Below, one piece after another: positions 31,981 to 47,000 of a stretch of 64,000 nt of DNA. Source of the stretch: Botryllus schlosseri (taxonomy: Eukaryota); NCBI GenBank assembly GCA_051294905.1, contig CM119378.1, positions 27,714,001 through 27,778,000 on the forward strand, in the 5' to 3' direction. Each line of letters begins with the position of its first letter. The first letter of the stretch is position 1. A program made the position numbers and the translations under genes. The notes under the pieces were generated by a model that was not told the origin of the DNA, ran no database searches, and worked only from the letters and a program-made list of their open reading frames with translations.

Positions 31981-34914
31981 CTAATCAGCAAAGTATTTTC
32001 CTCACCCATCTGATGGAATACAGGCTCTAAGATGGCTCGTTACACTTGTACGAACAGTTAGTTGACGGTCAACCAAATACTGGTTTTTCAGTAATTCTAG
32101 TTCTAGTTTGGGATTTTGAAAATTGAGTAGGCTAGGTCTAGTTCTAGTTGCGCATTTTCAGAAAAATTTAGTGAGCTGGCATTTCTCGTAAATCGTGATG
32201 CCGGTGTTCTGTTGTGTGATGTTCTTGCAGCCATTGCTAGCTCAGAGTAATTACTACCAACAGTGGCGTAGCGTAGGCGTGAGTTTTTTGGGACAGAACC
32301 CCTCTAATTTCAAACTCAAAACCCTGTCATTTTAAAATGCCGATTTTGTCACCAATATTTATCAGCCTAGTTCATTTGCAGTTTGTATTATCAGTTACTA
32401 GTTAGTCGCAGATTAGATCTAGTAGTTAGTTCCGGTTGTAACTGCGAGATTTGAAAAGTGAATAATGTAGTTCTAGTTCCAATTGTGCATTTTGAGAATC
32501 CAGTAGTTTGTACAAATCTCAGGCTCGTGCATATGGAGTATCAATTTGAAACACAACACAATCATTTGGCCATCCCTGTCACATGAAAATAATTGGAAAA
32601 CCGAGAGAAAGCCTAGTTGTATCATGTTGCAAATTCATATCAGTTGTCAATTGCGTATTAGGAAGCTACTCTCATGTTTGTTCATACTGCGGCATTGGAT
32701 TCATTACTTTTGATCTGCCAAAGCCAAATTTGGAAAGCCATAATTTAATAGTACGTATGGTCCATTGATGTGGTTCATTGAATTGGAATATGGGGTTAGT
32801 TACATTTCAATTTAACTGTGTTTTGTCATCATAAATCTTATGGGCATGCGAATAGTGCCTCGCAAATGCCAAAAAACACTAAGCCTCGTTGCGATGTAAT
32901 GTAGTGGCAGTTGTAGTAGTTTTACGCCGACTTCAAGATTGACAATACTGTAAAACGTGTTTACTGTACTGCAATTCATTCATCATTGTGTGTATAGACT
33001 TTTACAAAGTACTGGACTTTCGAAATGTACTACTAGAACAGATTACTTCTTAAAACTCCCAACTAGAACTAGAGCTAATCACTTTTCAAAACTCGCAGCT
33101 AGTGCTTTACCTGGAGCTATTCACTTTTAAAAGTGACAACTAGAACTAGAAATGCACAGTTTTCAAACCTCGCAACTAGAACTAGAACTACTCAGTTTTT
33201 AAAGCTCGCAACTAGAACTAGGACCAACTAGATTGGTGGTTTTCACAAGTACGCCTGTAATACTACACTACAGTAGCTAAGATTTGATATGTTAGGAAAG
33301 CTTGTTAGTGGACTTTATGTTGACTTTTTCAACGTAAGCCCATCATCTGTACTTGATGTACTTGATATTTAATTGACATGGTGTTGTTGAAGTTAACCTA
33401 TCGTGTGGGCCTATCAATGTGCATAATAAATATGACTTCCTATTGTTACACTTGCTCTTGAGGAATGAACAAGTGACGATATTGATACATAGCGAGGAAT
33501 AGTTACAATGTGGCATGCAAATGGTTGCCATAGAGTAGATGCAGGATTGCGCGTGATGCTTCAGTATCGTAGTAGTTTAAGGTAATGTTTGTGAAATAGC
33601 CTACGCTGCGCCAAAGTGCGGTTCACGGTTGATTGGACTTTGTCTAAAAAGATTGTGGTTTGACGCATTCTTGACTTCCATGCATAAGCTGTTACTGTTG
33701 TATGCCATTCCAAACACAGCCTATAAGTAGTTGATAGGCCTATCATCTGACATGATTTCGTCTTACATTATGTAGTGAATCTTGCTATTTGTGTGCATAG
33801 CTTCGATATATATTATGGCATTGCAAAGGGAATTGCTGGTAGACTTGAATCAGTTTGCTGTGAGTGATTTACAAGAAGGCTGTAAAACTGTACAAGTCAA
33901 ATATATACACAAGAAAAGTGATGTGAAATCTTATGCTACTATCCTATACGATTTGTTTGATTTCATTTGTTGTCTGCCTGGGTGTTTTGTTTACATTGGG
34001 CATAAACAGGGGCATGAGTACTATACCATTTATTATGTATAATTTGAGCTTGAGATCATTGGTCAATAGGATTGAATTATTATCTATTGTTTTGGGTGTC
34101 GTTCTTTGTTTTATGCTGCTGGGAGATGCAATTTCTGGTTTCTTATGTCGTTGTTGTTTTGCTTATTGTAAAGATGTTTACTACGCTAGATCAACATTTA
34201 ATAGCCTATGCTATTGAGGCCAAGTTGGGATTTCATTGGTAATTTCATTGGTAAACCAAAGACTAATTGTCTTTGGTTTAGTGCGGACACTCGTAACAGT
34301 AAAACTAAATGATGATGGAGCTCGTTACATGCAGTAGCGCTTCTTATCCTACCTGATCAGTGATCAGCGATATTCAATGACTTGCTGTTAGGGCTTGGCT
34401 AAATCGAGTACCTGAATCGAGTGTTAGGCTTCAAGACGAGTATTCGGGAAGTGCTTATTATGACACCATAAGAATTAGAATGACATGGGAAGAAAAAATA
34501 TATACATTTTAATGTGACCACAATGAATGCAATACCAGTTTAACATTGCATTAAAGATAATTAGGTATTTTATGATCATACCTAATTTGTTGTACTTTGC
34601 GACAATGTTGTGAGTCGATGATGACTTCACAGAAATTCCATTTCTACTAACGTGCATAGCTTTGTACTACATGATGGTATACTGCGATACTACCAATCAA
34701 CCTTTGAGATGGATCATTTAAATTTTAGTACTCCAAAAATGATTTCTCAATACTGAACTCATTAGAATGAATACCCGACACAGATTTGTTGAGTACTCCA
34801 ATCATTGTGCTCAACCCACTTTTGGTTGCTGTCTGCAATTCATTAATAGAGGATGTGCTTTGAGAAACTGTCTGCCTTATCACAGGATGAAGTGCCGATA
34901 AGCAGTTGGTAGCT

Positions 34915-35005
34915 ATGGAACAATTTTCCACGGAGGCTCCTTTGCAGAAAAGGGACGACAATTTACTTCTTGGTAGTAAAGATCCGCAATTGTCCCGTGT
35001 ATTCG
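34915..35005 (+). CDS. Gene 2 first coding exon
   Basis: Acceptor cacag at 34885, upstream in-frame TGA, Kozak-like gctATGG, donor gtaagt. Confidence 0.65.
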
Positions 35006-38000
35006 GTAAGTGGATATGTTCATGTCAGATCAACTAATGGATTGTCAAATACGCAACTAGAACTACAACTACATAGTTTTCAAAATTTTCAACTAAAACT
35101 AGAACTACATGCTTTTCAAAACCATCAAGTAGAACTAGAACTACTCACTTATCAAAATGCACAAGATGAACTACGGTAGCACTAAAACTACTGCATTTTC
35201 ACAAGTAGTAACTAGAACTAGTACTGCATCTTTTTTAAAATTATCAAGTAGAACGAGATCTAGAACTACTCACTTTTCAAAATGTGTAAGAAGGACTAAT
35301 GGGCTACTAGAACTACTGGATTTTCGCAACTCGTAACTAGAACTAGAACTACTCACTTTTTCAAACTACAACTAGAACTACGGCACTCACCTTTCAAAAC
35401 TATCAACTAGAAATAAAACTAACAACCTAAAACTAAAACACAATTCTAACTAATAACTGATAATACAAATAACTAAAATGCACATATATTTGAAATTGAA
35501 TCAACATTTCAAAAGGATGTGTTTTCTAGTTCAAAATAGTAGGGTTTGCGACCCCAAAAACTCATCTCTCACTACTCCGCTGTTAGTAGAGATGAGTCTG
35601 AGCTAGCAATGGGTTCAATGACATCACACAACAGAATACCAGTATCATGATTCATGCCAAACGACAAAACATATTTTCTAGTTGTGTAGAGATGGTAGGC
35701 TACATCTGCAGGAAAAAACAACTTGTTGCATTTATTTATGAGCATTATCCTAATTTGGTATGCAATTATTTTTTGTATATAGTTACTCTCTCCAGCCGCA
35801 AGTCGTAGTAAGGTTGGCATGAATATTTTTCAATTTTCCATGCCCAGTGTCAGAACATGTCCATAATTTGACAAAGCCTTATTTCATTTTGGTAAAGGTG
35901 ACGGACCCAATACTCCTAGTGGAATTCCTGCCAATGATGTGAGCAGTCAAAGCGCCATGGACGATAGCGGGCAATTTCACGACGAGCAAGGACGAGAACT
36001 CGAGTACAGACTGTTTGAGGAGCAGTCTTATGTACCAGGTACGGTGCATTGTGTAGAGTGCATCACAGTTTTTGTGTGAAAATGGATTTTTAGACTTGGC
36101 AATCCTTCTTGTACTTTAATCTGTACTTCTAAACCTGTGGGAGTAATTTCAGTTGGTGCGTAGCAAATGCATTTTTTTCAAGTAAAATTACAGGTTTCAC
36201 AAATTATTAACGTATTTCTTTCAAAAGTTTTCATCGAATGTATAGTTAAATACTTTATGTGTCATTCGACTCAGTTGCACCCCACCCAGATCAGCTTTTG
36301 AAGAAGAAACAATTGCAAGCATCACATTGATTTTTCTTTGTTATTGTCTGTTGCTAGTAATCATGGGTGGATTCGCTCGTGGGTTGCATTTGTTTTGAGA
36401 TGTCCTTATTTGCTAATCCTATATGCATTTGGAGTAAAGTTGAGTCTTTCGTTAATTTATTGGTACCTTGGTACACAACAATATCATAGGATCTCGATAA
36501 GAAAAAGGTTGAGAACCACTGCTTTAAAGGATTTCAATATTCTTTGTCATTGTCTCGTTTTTAAATGCAGAACTACATTCGTTCTCCTTTATATTGAGTA
36601 GGCTTATTGGATTACTTGTAACACTGGAAAAATACCATGTGCAAAACAAAAGTTTTATGATTGAGAGAGGGAGATTGTTTATTAGTTTTCAACATTAGAG
36701 GTACAGAAATATTCACGGAGTAGGGACGGTTTTATATAATTGAGCCAAGAAACACATTCTAATTGCAATAGTTTGTCCTATTAATAAAATGAAAATAGCA
36801 TTATAAAATGAAAAGCGATTAATTAAAAAAATGAGCTAGACTTAATTGTTATACGGTATCTCAACTTTTGTTATGCAGCAATATGATTATTGTCCAATTA
36901 TAATGAGCCGTTATTGAGGAACTAAACATATCGTAGCATAACAAAAATTGAAATATATCACTAATGTAGACTGGATATAGAGAAACGAATTGTCACGTAA
37001 CAAAAAATAAATTTCAAGTGTCAAAATACAAATATGGAACCTAAATGAATGTAAATGTGAATCTTGACGAATAATCATTTTAGCAATTTCCAACTCAAAG
37101 ATATTCCGAGTCTATGATATACTGGCTTCATGAAACATTTCTACGAGTTCCATGCTGATAGTCTAATGATATTGTTGTTACCATGAAGTGCATGTAATTG
37201 AAATCTGCAGGTACCCGTGTGCCGAAAGCATATTGCGAGTTTGAATGCGCAATACTGAAGTATGCAATTGCTAGTTAGGTAATTCCATAGATCATCTGTG
37301 GAACCTTTTTGACAAGCCAACGAGCCCCCCCAAAAAATTACCTTGCGTAATAACAAGTAATTAGCCTACACATAGCAGTGTTGCGTTAGCCTTTTGATTG
37401 TACCGTTTAAGAAGATTTGAAAAAAAGTTAACTTTCATGTTGGAATAAAATGAATATCTGTACTGAACTCAAAACCTTGCAATCAAGCCCCGTTGATCTC
37501 AAATTATCTGCACGGCCATAGTCGTTATCTAAACTGGATTGCACCTGTGTGACAATGTTTATTTTCAGTACAAACTGCCAAAACTGGTATATTTGTAAGA
37601 TAATTCTCTATTAGGCTTGCCGATTTGCCGAATTCAACACATTGATGGCATTAATCATAATTTACTTGTACTGAAGATCCAATCTAAGCGCCTTTATACT
37701 GATATTTGATATTTGAGTTTCAATGTGAATCATACTTAATGGTATAGGGAGTGACTTCCCGGGACGTTTTTATTGAGTTTGCAATTTTCAGCAGCATTGC
37801 TATCCTCCGAGTTACTTATTGAATCTTAGAGCAGTATTGTAATTTGTTTTCCTCAACATGTCGTTGACGTTTTTGTCATAACGTGACTCACGAAATGCCA
37901 AATGCTTGTTTGGATAATATTGAACATGTCCACTTGATGGATGTTGACCTGTTGAAAATCCTATGTCAAGTTGACAATGTGGCATGAAATGCTCTTGATA

Positions 38001-41000
38001 GCTCGCAACAACACATTGGAACATGGCGATTGGATTAAGTAGTGTGCTTTTGTTTATCATGACACCGTGTCTCTATCGATATGATTCATGGTAACTATCT
38101 TTTGCAATTTGATAGTCAATTTTGCTGGTCTGAAAGATACCTATTTTTATCATTAGAAGTTGATTTCATAAAGTCCAACCCCCTCCACTGCTACACTGTT
38201 TGGCTTTGTCAAGGGCTGCCTAAACTATTAAAGCCTATTGGTTTGCTGAAAATATTGAGTTGATATTCGACAATGAAATAAACATTAGTATCGTCCACGA
38301 GAGGTAAAAGATTATGGTCATTTTTGTGACATCACAGCATGGTTGTAGGGAGTCAGAACTGTAATCTGCAAATGCTAAAGTGGAAATATTGATCTATTTC
38401 TACTAGAATTTCGGTGTTCAGATGCAGCCTTTCCAGTTTATTTCATAAACAAGTGTAGCAATGGCATTTAGCATTTTTTCATTTCATTTATTTATTGTTG
38501 TCTATAATTCGCTGTCCTTTGCAGCAGATAAAAACATTGTAAACACACAATGTAGCCAGAGGTGGTGAAAGTAATCACCGGCGGCACTCATGTATAAGTA
38601 ATCCATAGTATGGATTCATTGCAATTGAATTACGGAGTGTGACCAAGGGCTGCAAACAATGTACATTTGTACGACATGCAATACTTATTATTTAATGCGA
38701 TAGAAGAATCCTTTCAATCCGATACACTCTGATATCACATTGGAACACAGTTGAAGTGAATGATAGAGCAGTGACCTACTCTGCGGACTATATTCAATAC
38801 TGAGGTTGTCTTTGGCTTGGTGGTACCAAAGTCCTACCGTATCTGTTTATGATTTGACTTGTCAGCAGAGATATAGCAATGTTAAGTGGCCATTACATTT
38901 GAAGTGATTTGTTTGGGAATTTGAGTAAATATTGTTTGCTTTACTCACATCAACTTGAGACTGTATCTGGCTTTCACTTCATTGATTGCAAGTCAATTGT
39001 GTGTGTCTTGAGTAGATGAAAATATTGGAACTGGAAGAGTATTTTGAATATTACACCTTTGCCCCTTTCATATTCAATTATTGCCGTGCGATTAACACTC
39101 ATTCCATTTACAGTGGACTTATCGCCGGCTAACCATCATGGACTGGCTGGAAATACCGGGACTTCTATAGAGATAGAAGGAAAAGCTGTTGTCAGGTACC
39201 AGTGATAAGTGAACACTGAACATAACTAGTCTTTGCCTATTTTATTGTTTTGCGCTACAATACTTTGCGTGTTGCATTACGTTCTCGCTTGCTATCTTGA
39301 TTTCTGGAATCCTCGATTGCGGAGGACTGTTTCCAAAATGCGAGGTACATACGGTGGTCGCTGAGAAAGGCTTGGTATCAGACAAATACAATTACCAATA
39401 TATTATATAGTTATCTGATGGTCAAGTAGCTATTGTTATTTGAGTAGTTCCAGTTTTAGTTGTGAATTTTGAACAGACAGTAGTCGTAGTTGTAGTCGCG
39501 AATGATACAGAATATGGGGCGTTTGGCACGAATCGTGATACCAGTGTTCTGTTGTGTGATGTTCATGCAGCCATTACTAGCTCAGAGTCAACCTTACTAA
39601 CAATGGCATGCGTTTTGAAGGTAAAAATCCTTCCCAAACTGCAAACCCTGTCCTTTTTAAATGCTGAGTCCATCTCAAATAATTCTTAGCTCATTTGCAA
39701 TTGAGAACTCAGTTATTGGTTATTCTTTTAGTCGGTTAGTAGCGGATTTTCAAAGTACAGTAGTTCTAGTTGCGAGTTTTGAAAAGTGAGTAGTTCTAGT
39801 TCTAGTTGCGTATTCTTAAAATCCAGTAGTTTGCACAAGACTGTTTGCGGAATAACATTACATCGCAAATTTTTTTTTCTGATTGGAAATTCGTCTTTTC
39901 AGAATATGCCATGACCATGATTAAAGTTTATTTGCTCACCGTATGAAATATCCCTGTCAAACCGTATAGTCATTACGCTCCATGAAGATATGAGCTTGAG
40001 CATGCAACATTTAGCATGTGACACTTAAGCTTGCAACTCTTGGGCATGTAGGTTCAAGTTAGAGTCATGGTTGAGTTAGGGTAGGATATAGTTTCATGTG
40101 AGGTTAGGGTTTGGATAGGGGTGAATTTCGGGGTAAGTTTTGGAATTGGGGTAAGTTTGGGGGTCACAAGCTCAAGTGTCGTATGCTAAGCGACGCATGA
40201 TATAGGTTTTTCATTATGTTACCTACCCAGAAAGCAAAGTTACATAACCATGACATCATCACCACCGTTATGGACATCATTCAGAAATTTTGAAGCCATT
40301 TTCAAACAGAAAGTTTGTGCATATGAGCGAGTTTATGATAGATCATTTCCTGTTTTGAAATTTCTATTTCTTTGGGAATCGCTGAGTATTTCTTCCTCTA
40401 TCCCGACAACTACAATATCTCATTTGATTCCCCTGGAACAGCTTACTCAATCAGTCTCAATGTGGCAGTAATCATAACAAATTACACGCTTCATACCTCG
40501 TTGACAAAATTAGGTTGCCGATAATTGTTTCTCTCTAGGCCCATAACTCAGAATCTATGCAAGTCCCTTTTCGGTGCACTTAAATCGGTATCTGTTGTAG
40601 GCTTAGGTGCGCAGCTTAACATGATTTAGCACGCTACTATTTGCTATTCAGGAGAAACGGGCCTACGAACGGGAAAGGTCCCTTCATTTCCGAGGCCCAT
40701 AGCGCCGAAAAGTCTTTTGCGAGTAGAAGAGCTCTGGAAAAGCACCACGCCGATTTGCAGCCTGGTGCCCTAAATCTCATGGCTAAAAGGTATTCACTGG
40801 CCCTAGTGAAGACTTGGACAACTAGCTAATTATGGCTTTCTAATTAGGCTAATTGGAGCGAATGCCTGTAATCTAATTGTAACACATGCTCTAATATTAA
40901 TTCTAATCTAATTTATGAAAATGCAACAATAAAACTTCATAGTGCAGAACGAGCCATGCTAATTTGTGCAATGTTTCATTGTTCCAATTCTAATTCAATT

Positions 41001-44000
41001 TGTAAAATGTTCCTGTCTCTCATTTCAATTTTAATCTAATTTCTGGTTTTCCTAAAAAATGCTATACAGGAGAACTATATAGAGCGAAATTAGCAAATCA
41101 TGGTGTGCAGAGGATGGACTGTGATTTGATATGAACTGAACTTGGTTCAATGTCCAAGTTTTCGCGAATTCAGTAATTTTAATTGTAATCTAATTAGCTA
41201 TCATTCTAATTTTAATCTAATTTGGAAAAAACGATGTAGCTATGATTCTAATTCTAAGATAATTTGGAAAACCGTGAATTTTTATGTTGTCCAACTCTGC
41301 CCTAGTTTCTTATTTGTTAGTCAGAGATTTTTACATATTTCTCTTTTCAAGGGGAGTTACCATCGAAGCAACAAATACTCGCAAGACTTCGATACAACAA
41401 GTACGTTTCGCGTTTTCATATTTCCTAAATTTATGTTTGGACCGAATCGCTGCTTTAGCAGCTTTTAGTTGAGATTCTTTTTGGAAAATCAAAGCGAATG
41501 TTAATCAGGATTGAGCTATTAATTTATTACCTGACGTTGGAAAACTGTAGCCCATAGTTCAAACACTGATTGAAAATATGAAATTTAAAAATACCACACA
41601 TGTAGGCATAAAAATTTGTATATTCTGTATGTAGCATATATTCCACCATTTTTGATGACTTGAATTATTTGCTTTTGTTCTTGGTTTTCAATGTGGCGTT
41701 ATTTACTTCTATCCATGTGTCGAAGGCAGCACGAAGACTTCATAATTAGTCGGATTGTTATTGTCAGGCCAGGCGCTGTTGCGCTATAAACACTTGTGAA
41801 TACGTCCCGCTTTGCATCAATTAGTGGTCACCCTCATATTCTTGTTTCAAAGGAAAATGCTATTTTGCCAGTATTATGGAAAGGATGAGTTGTCGGTACT
41901 TCGGCAGCGTATATTGTTTTATCAGAGCAGACTTGGACAATTAGATAATTCTTGTCGTCTGATTAGACTTATGACAGCAAAATGACGGTAATCTAATTTC
42001 GTTTTCACGAATTTAGCATCTCTATTGGTAATGTAATTTGGAAAAACTGTATGTGTAGCTATCATTTTAATTGTAGTATAATTTGATAAAATCTGTGTAG
42101 TTATAATTCTAATTCTCAACTAATTTGGAAAAATCTGTGCAGCTACCAGCTATCATTATAATTATCATTTAATTTGGAAAGAAACTGTGTAGCTATCATT
42201 ATAATTCTATTTTAAGTCTTTATCTAATTTTATGAAACATTGCGGTAATCATTCTAATTTTAGTCTATTTGGAAAAAAAATGTGTAGCTGTGCTGTAGGC
42301 CTATTACTAATCCAGTCACATTTCGAAAAGCAGGAAATTTACTGGTCCAAGTCTGCATCAGGGATAGAAGTCAGATCAGGGAAACTTGCCATCAGCGAAT
42401 AGCATTAGTCACACTTTCTTGCACAATGGTAATTATGTAAACAATGCCTCTGTGTTACCAAAAGTGCACTTACCCCACCCTGACTTTTAACGGTTTTGAA
42501 AATATTTTTGATCAGCTGCATGTTTTCCGCATTTTGATTAGCCTCTAAAGATCTTAACTGTACTGTAGGTAGCATAGGCGCTGAACTCTGATTTTCCCTA
42601 GGTATGCGAGATCGATGACGTCACAAAGGGATGACGTCATAGTGCGCCAGAATTGGCAAATTAGCCGACTCGCAAGCGTTCAATATCACCTGGCACTTGT
42701 ATATGGTGACGAAATTACGATATGATTAGGCAGGCAGCGCAGCCAGCCGGCCGCTTGCTGAATTGATTGAATCCGTTTCAGATTTACCAAGGTAGCATCA
42801 GTTTATTATGGTTAAGAACATGCACCAATGCCGATAATACATCGATCGGATCGGCATCCTTGTGTAATATACTCGACACATCACGTTACCATAAGATTAC
42901 CAACGCGTGCGACTGTGTAGTCAATTAGCGAGCTCGCAATCTCCGCAACATATTCGCCAACACACGCGCCGACAATCGGGAGATTTCGATCACTCCGCCT
43001 CGAGAACAAATGAATACGCATCTTCGGCGACGGCTAATAAGGTTGCGGGAAATATTTTCCCAAATAGAAAGTCTGTTCTGGACTCTATTCATTAGGGACT
43101 TTGATTTCATAGGAGTTAGAAGTTTCAATATCATGAGCCTGCAAGACATTTTCCGATCGTTCTGTTTCAGTATTAGCGTTAGTCAAAATCAATCACGCCG
43201 CTGTCTGTTGACGGTCAGTATGTATTTCAATCAATTCCGTCCATGTTCATTGTTCAATGTCTGAGCCAGTCTGACATCACAATCACAGAAGAAGCGATAG
43301 TTCCGGCCGGCGCATAAGATATCATGTTCCTTCACAGCAGGAGATGACAATCGCAACATTTCGCGCATATAGAAATTAACATCTTTAGTATCGAGTTCTC
43401 GGTCATGTTGCCTCGCGTTGCGTCTTCTGACCACTCGCGTTTGATCAAATATTCAGGCGCATAGCCGAGTTGTTATGGAGTGTGTTCTATAATGGAATCC
43501 GCATCGATTTCAGGTGGTTCAAACCTTTCTCAACTTTTATAACTCAAGCCTTGACTCGCATCTTCTGATGGTTATTGGTTATCTTCAAGTATTAGCGGAA
43601 ATCAAGTACGCATATAAGTCACACATTTTTGCGGACATTCGATGTCAGTAAGTTTCGTGATATCAATCTTTAATCACAACCGATAGATAGGAGCCAAAGC
43701 ATGATAGTTGGGCTGGCAATGATATATTTCGAACCACGCAGACGCAATTGTGTAGGCCAACGATGTTATCGTGCGCAGGCCAGTGATGGTATAGTGCGCA
43801 CCGGGCCTATTGCCGATGCGATTCATCAAGCCAGCGCAACTAGACCTGACGGAGACGGGATAAATCAGGCCTGCGACGATTGCGCGCGGTAATCAATGAC
43901 CTAATTTCGCAATCATCTCAGCGTCGAGATCGCGTTGCGTTACATTGTGCACAAACGATTCTCGCAAATTGGAAACGCGCTTCCGGCTAATTGGCCGTGG

Positions 44001-47000
44001 CCCCGCGCAACACTGATAAAATACGTACAACTGAATTGTAACTGAAGGACGGAGTTTCGTTAAGCGCCTGAACGTATTGCTGTCGGTTTACTTACGTGTT
44101 CAGCAGCACTACGAAACGCTTATTTCTTAATCGATCAATTCACCACCCAGTCAGTAACAGACCAAACCGAATTCTGGGTATGCCGCATACCCCAAAAAAT
44201 TCCTAGGTATGCGCGGCATACCTAGCATACCTGAGTTCAGCGCCTATGGTAGGTAGTGAATAAATTGCTGTGAATTGTATGATTAGATGGTAGAGACGTG
44301 CCAGTGTCACCAACGGGATCTAACATATCTTTGAAATCTGTGACCTTGGACACACATTATTTCGTTATCAATTATGCATTGAAACGTACTAGATTTAACC
44401 TGACATCCAAAACTAACTTGAGATATTTGCGGTCTTGATGTACAACCAGAGAATAACTTATTATGTTATATCAAGGCCACGTTAAATGGCACCATGTGTT
44501 ATTACCATAAGCCTTTTTATGAGCTAATGTGGAAGCTTCTCATTCTAATGTGTCGTGCGCCAATGAACGTTGCAACTTCAAACCTGTACTGAGCAATGGT
44601 GTTATGCGATGCAATACCCAAGAGAAACAAAATTGATAATTACATTGGTGTGCGATTATGGGGGAAGTCTCGAAAATAGATGAAAGCCTCAAAATGGTGG
44701 CTGATTCTAAATTAGCCTACCATCTCTGTCATCTGAATTTCATATGAAACATAGGAGAGTAGGCATACTCAGACAACTGGCTAATTCTAGTTGCACCATT
44801 ACACTTATTAAAGCGAAATGCCAGTCATCCAATTCAAATCGAATTCATGAAATCTTTCTTTGTTTAATTATAATCTAATTTCTGAAAGTTTTCTAAATCT
44901 TTCAATGCTCTTATATTAATTATAGCCTAATTTCTGGTTTTCCTGCAAATTCTACTGGAGAACTGTATCATGCTAAACCAGCCAAGCTTGCTGTACAGAC
45001 ACTGTCATAATCATGCTTATTAGAATGAAATCTGATTTGATATGAATTGAACTCCATTCAATGTCCAGGTTTTCACGAATTCAGTAATTCTGATTTAATC
45101 TAATTTGGAAAAAACTGTGAAGCTATAATTCTAATTCTTGTCTTATTCGAAAAAAAAACTGCAGTTATAATTTTAATTCTAGTATAATTTGAAAAAAACT
45201 GCATCTATAATTATAATTATGATCTAATTTGAAAAAAAAATTGAGTAGCCCCTATAATGCTCATTCTAGTGCAGTGGTTCCCAACCTTTTTCGACCCATC
45301 GCCCCCTTTTCAAGCTCAACACCGATCATCGCCACCCAAATTTTGTGTACCGAAAAATGGGCATACAAACTGTAATCTCCGGCGGGATGACTAAAAAAAA
45401 AATATATATAAAAAGGTCTGCCGTTTTGACGCGTCATCGCCCCCTGTCGCCCCCTTCGTCATTTTCGCCCCCCTAGGCCACTAAATCGCCCACGTTTGGA
45501 ACCACTGTTCTGGTGTAACTCAGAAAAGGCTGTATGACCATAATTCAAGTTCTAATCAAATTTGGAAAAGTTTAAAATTTTGACTTTCAATTCTAAATTT
45601 GGTTGTAAAATCGAGGTAGAAAATTGATGTAATAGAAATGCAAATGGCAGCATCCTGCAGGGCTGGTTATTCTGCAAAATTCATTTGCAAGAAGTGTCTT
45701 TATGCACTTCCTGCGTAACGGAAGTGGCAATTCGATCCTTGCGTTGTTTTGATTGAATTCAGTTGCGGTTCACATGCTAATCATTACTTGGTAGGAGTTT
45801 AAAGTCGGTGTCATGGATTGCATGGTGAATTGCGTAAAAATATTTAATTGTGTTTTGTACTTTGGTGTTGTTCATAATAACTTTAAAAAGAACATTCCAC
45901 TGACTAACTGATAAAATAGTTAGGTTGCCTGAAAAAATACTGCATATCGAATTTGGCTTCCTTTCAACGTGTAGGAACCAAAGCTGTAAAAGCAAGACTA
46001 AAAAAACATAGATTGAAAAAAGTATTGTTTTTTTTTTTCGATTTTTGATGGCTACCCATGAAATAGTCACGTTGTCTACAAAAACGATGCACAGCAAATT
46101 TGGCACGATTCCAACCCATTGAACTGAAGGTAATGGATAAGAAAAGTTGGGATTAAAAAAAAATGAGTAGGCCTATTTACGGTGTCAAACATTATCATAA
46201 TTTATCATTTCATCAAAACTTCATTTCTTTGGCTTGGAATTGAGCCAAATTTGTCACATATCATTATTTTTGAATAACAGAACAATTTCTTGGGGCAGGC
46301 CGTGAAATTAGAATATTTTTAGTTAAAAAAAAAATAAATCCACTCAACTCAACTGATTGGAATTGAGCCAAATGCCATGTGCAAAATTTTTTTAGGCAAC
46401 CTAACAATTTTATCCAATAGCCAGTACAATTTGGAAAAAAATTATTTTTCAACCCTATTGCGCATATTGCTATGCAAACTACTACTTTCTAGTTTCGAGG
46501 GTAACATTTTCAGTTATAAATTGCTCCTGGCCTGGGTGACTCGGTTTTGATGACTCAGATCAATCATGTCTATACCTTGAATAATTTTGTATCGTGTTTC
46601 ACCGAATTGCATTTTTGTTGTTATGATGTTGATTTGCACAGTGGACAAATCACGATTCTCTCTCTCTTCATCTGGTATCGTTATCAGCTATCAATCTGGA
46701 TGCATGAAATATCAGATGAAGCAGTTAATTTATGGGGTTGAGTGGTTGACAGTAGAATTGAAAAAAACGGTCATTTTTTTATAAATTCAAAATTCTTTCA
46801 AACTCCCGCTCGTTCACGTATATCAGTTGGAATCGAGCCAAATTTGGTGTGCAGCGTTTTTATAGACAACTTAACAATTTAATCGGTGAATCCCCGGAAT
46901 CCGAATAAAAAAAGTTATATTTGAACAACCCTAACGTTCATATTAACGCACTGTTTGAAAGCTGTACTCCAATTTTTTTTTATTTCTATGTAGTTTTAGT

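Noticed and set aside
35035-35480. ACTAGA and TTCTAA arrays as CRISPR or satellite
   Set aside because: No constant repeat with unique spacers; eukaryotic context; the arrays sit inside TIR-bounded MITEs.
39250-39344. Alternative coding first exon ending GCGAG|gtacat
   Set aside because: The ATG frame is phase 1 whereas the next exon needs phase 2; it could only be non-coding.
42907-43434. ORFs as exons or a transposase
   Set aside because: They lie within the non-autonomous hAT interior, have weak splice sites, and show no transposase motifs.
45705-45726. Inverted ETS-like sites CACTTCC...GGAAGTG
   Set aside because: A single short palindrome, compatible with chance.
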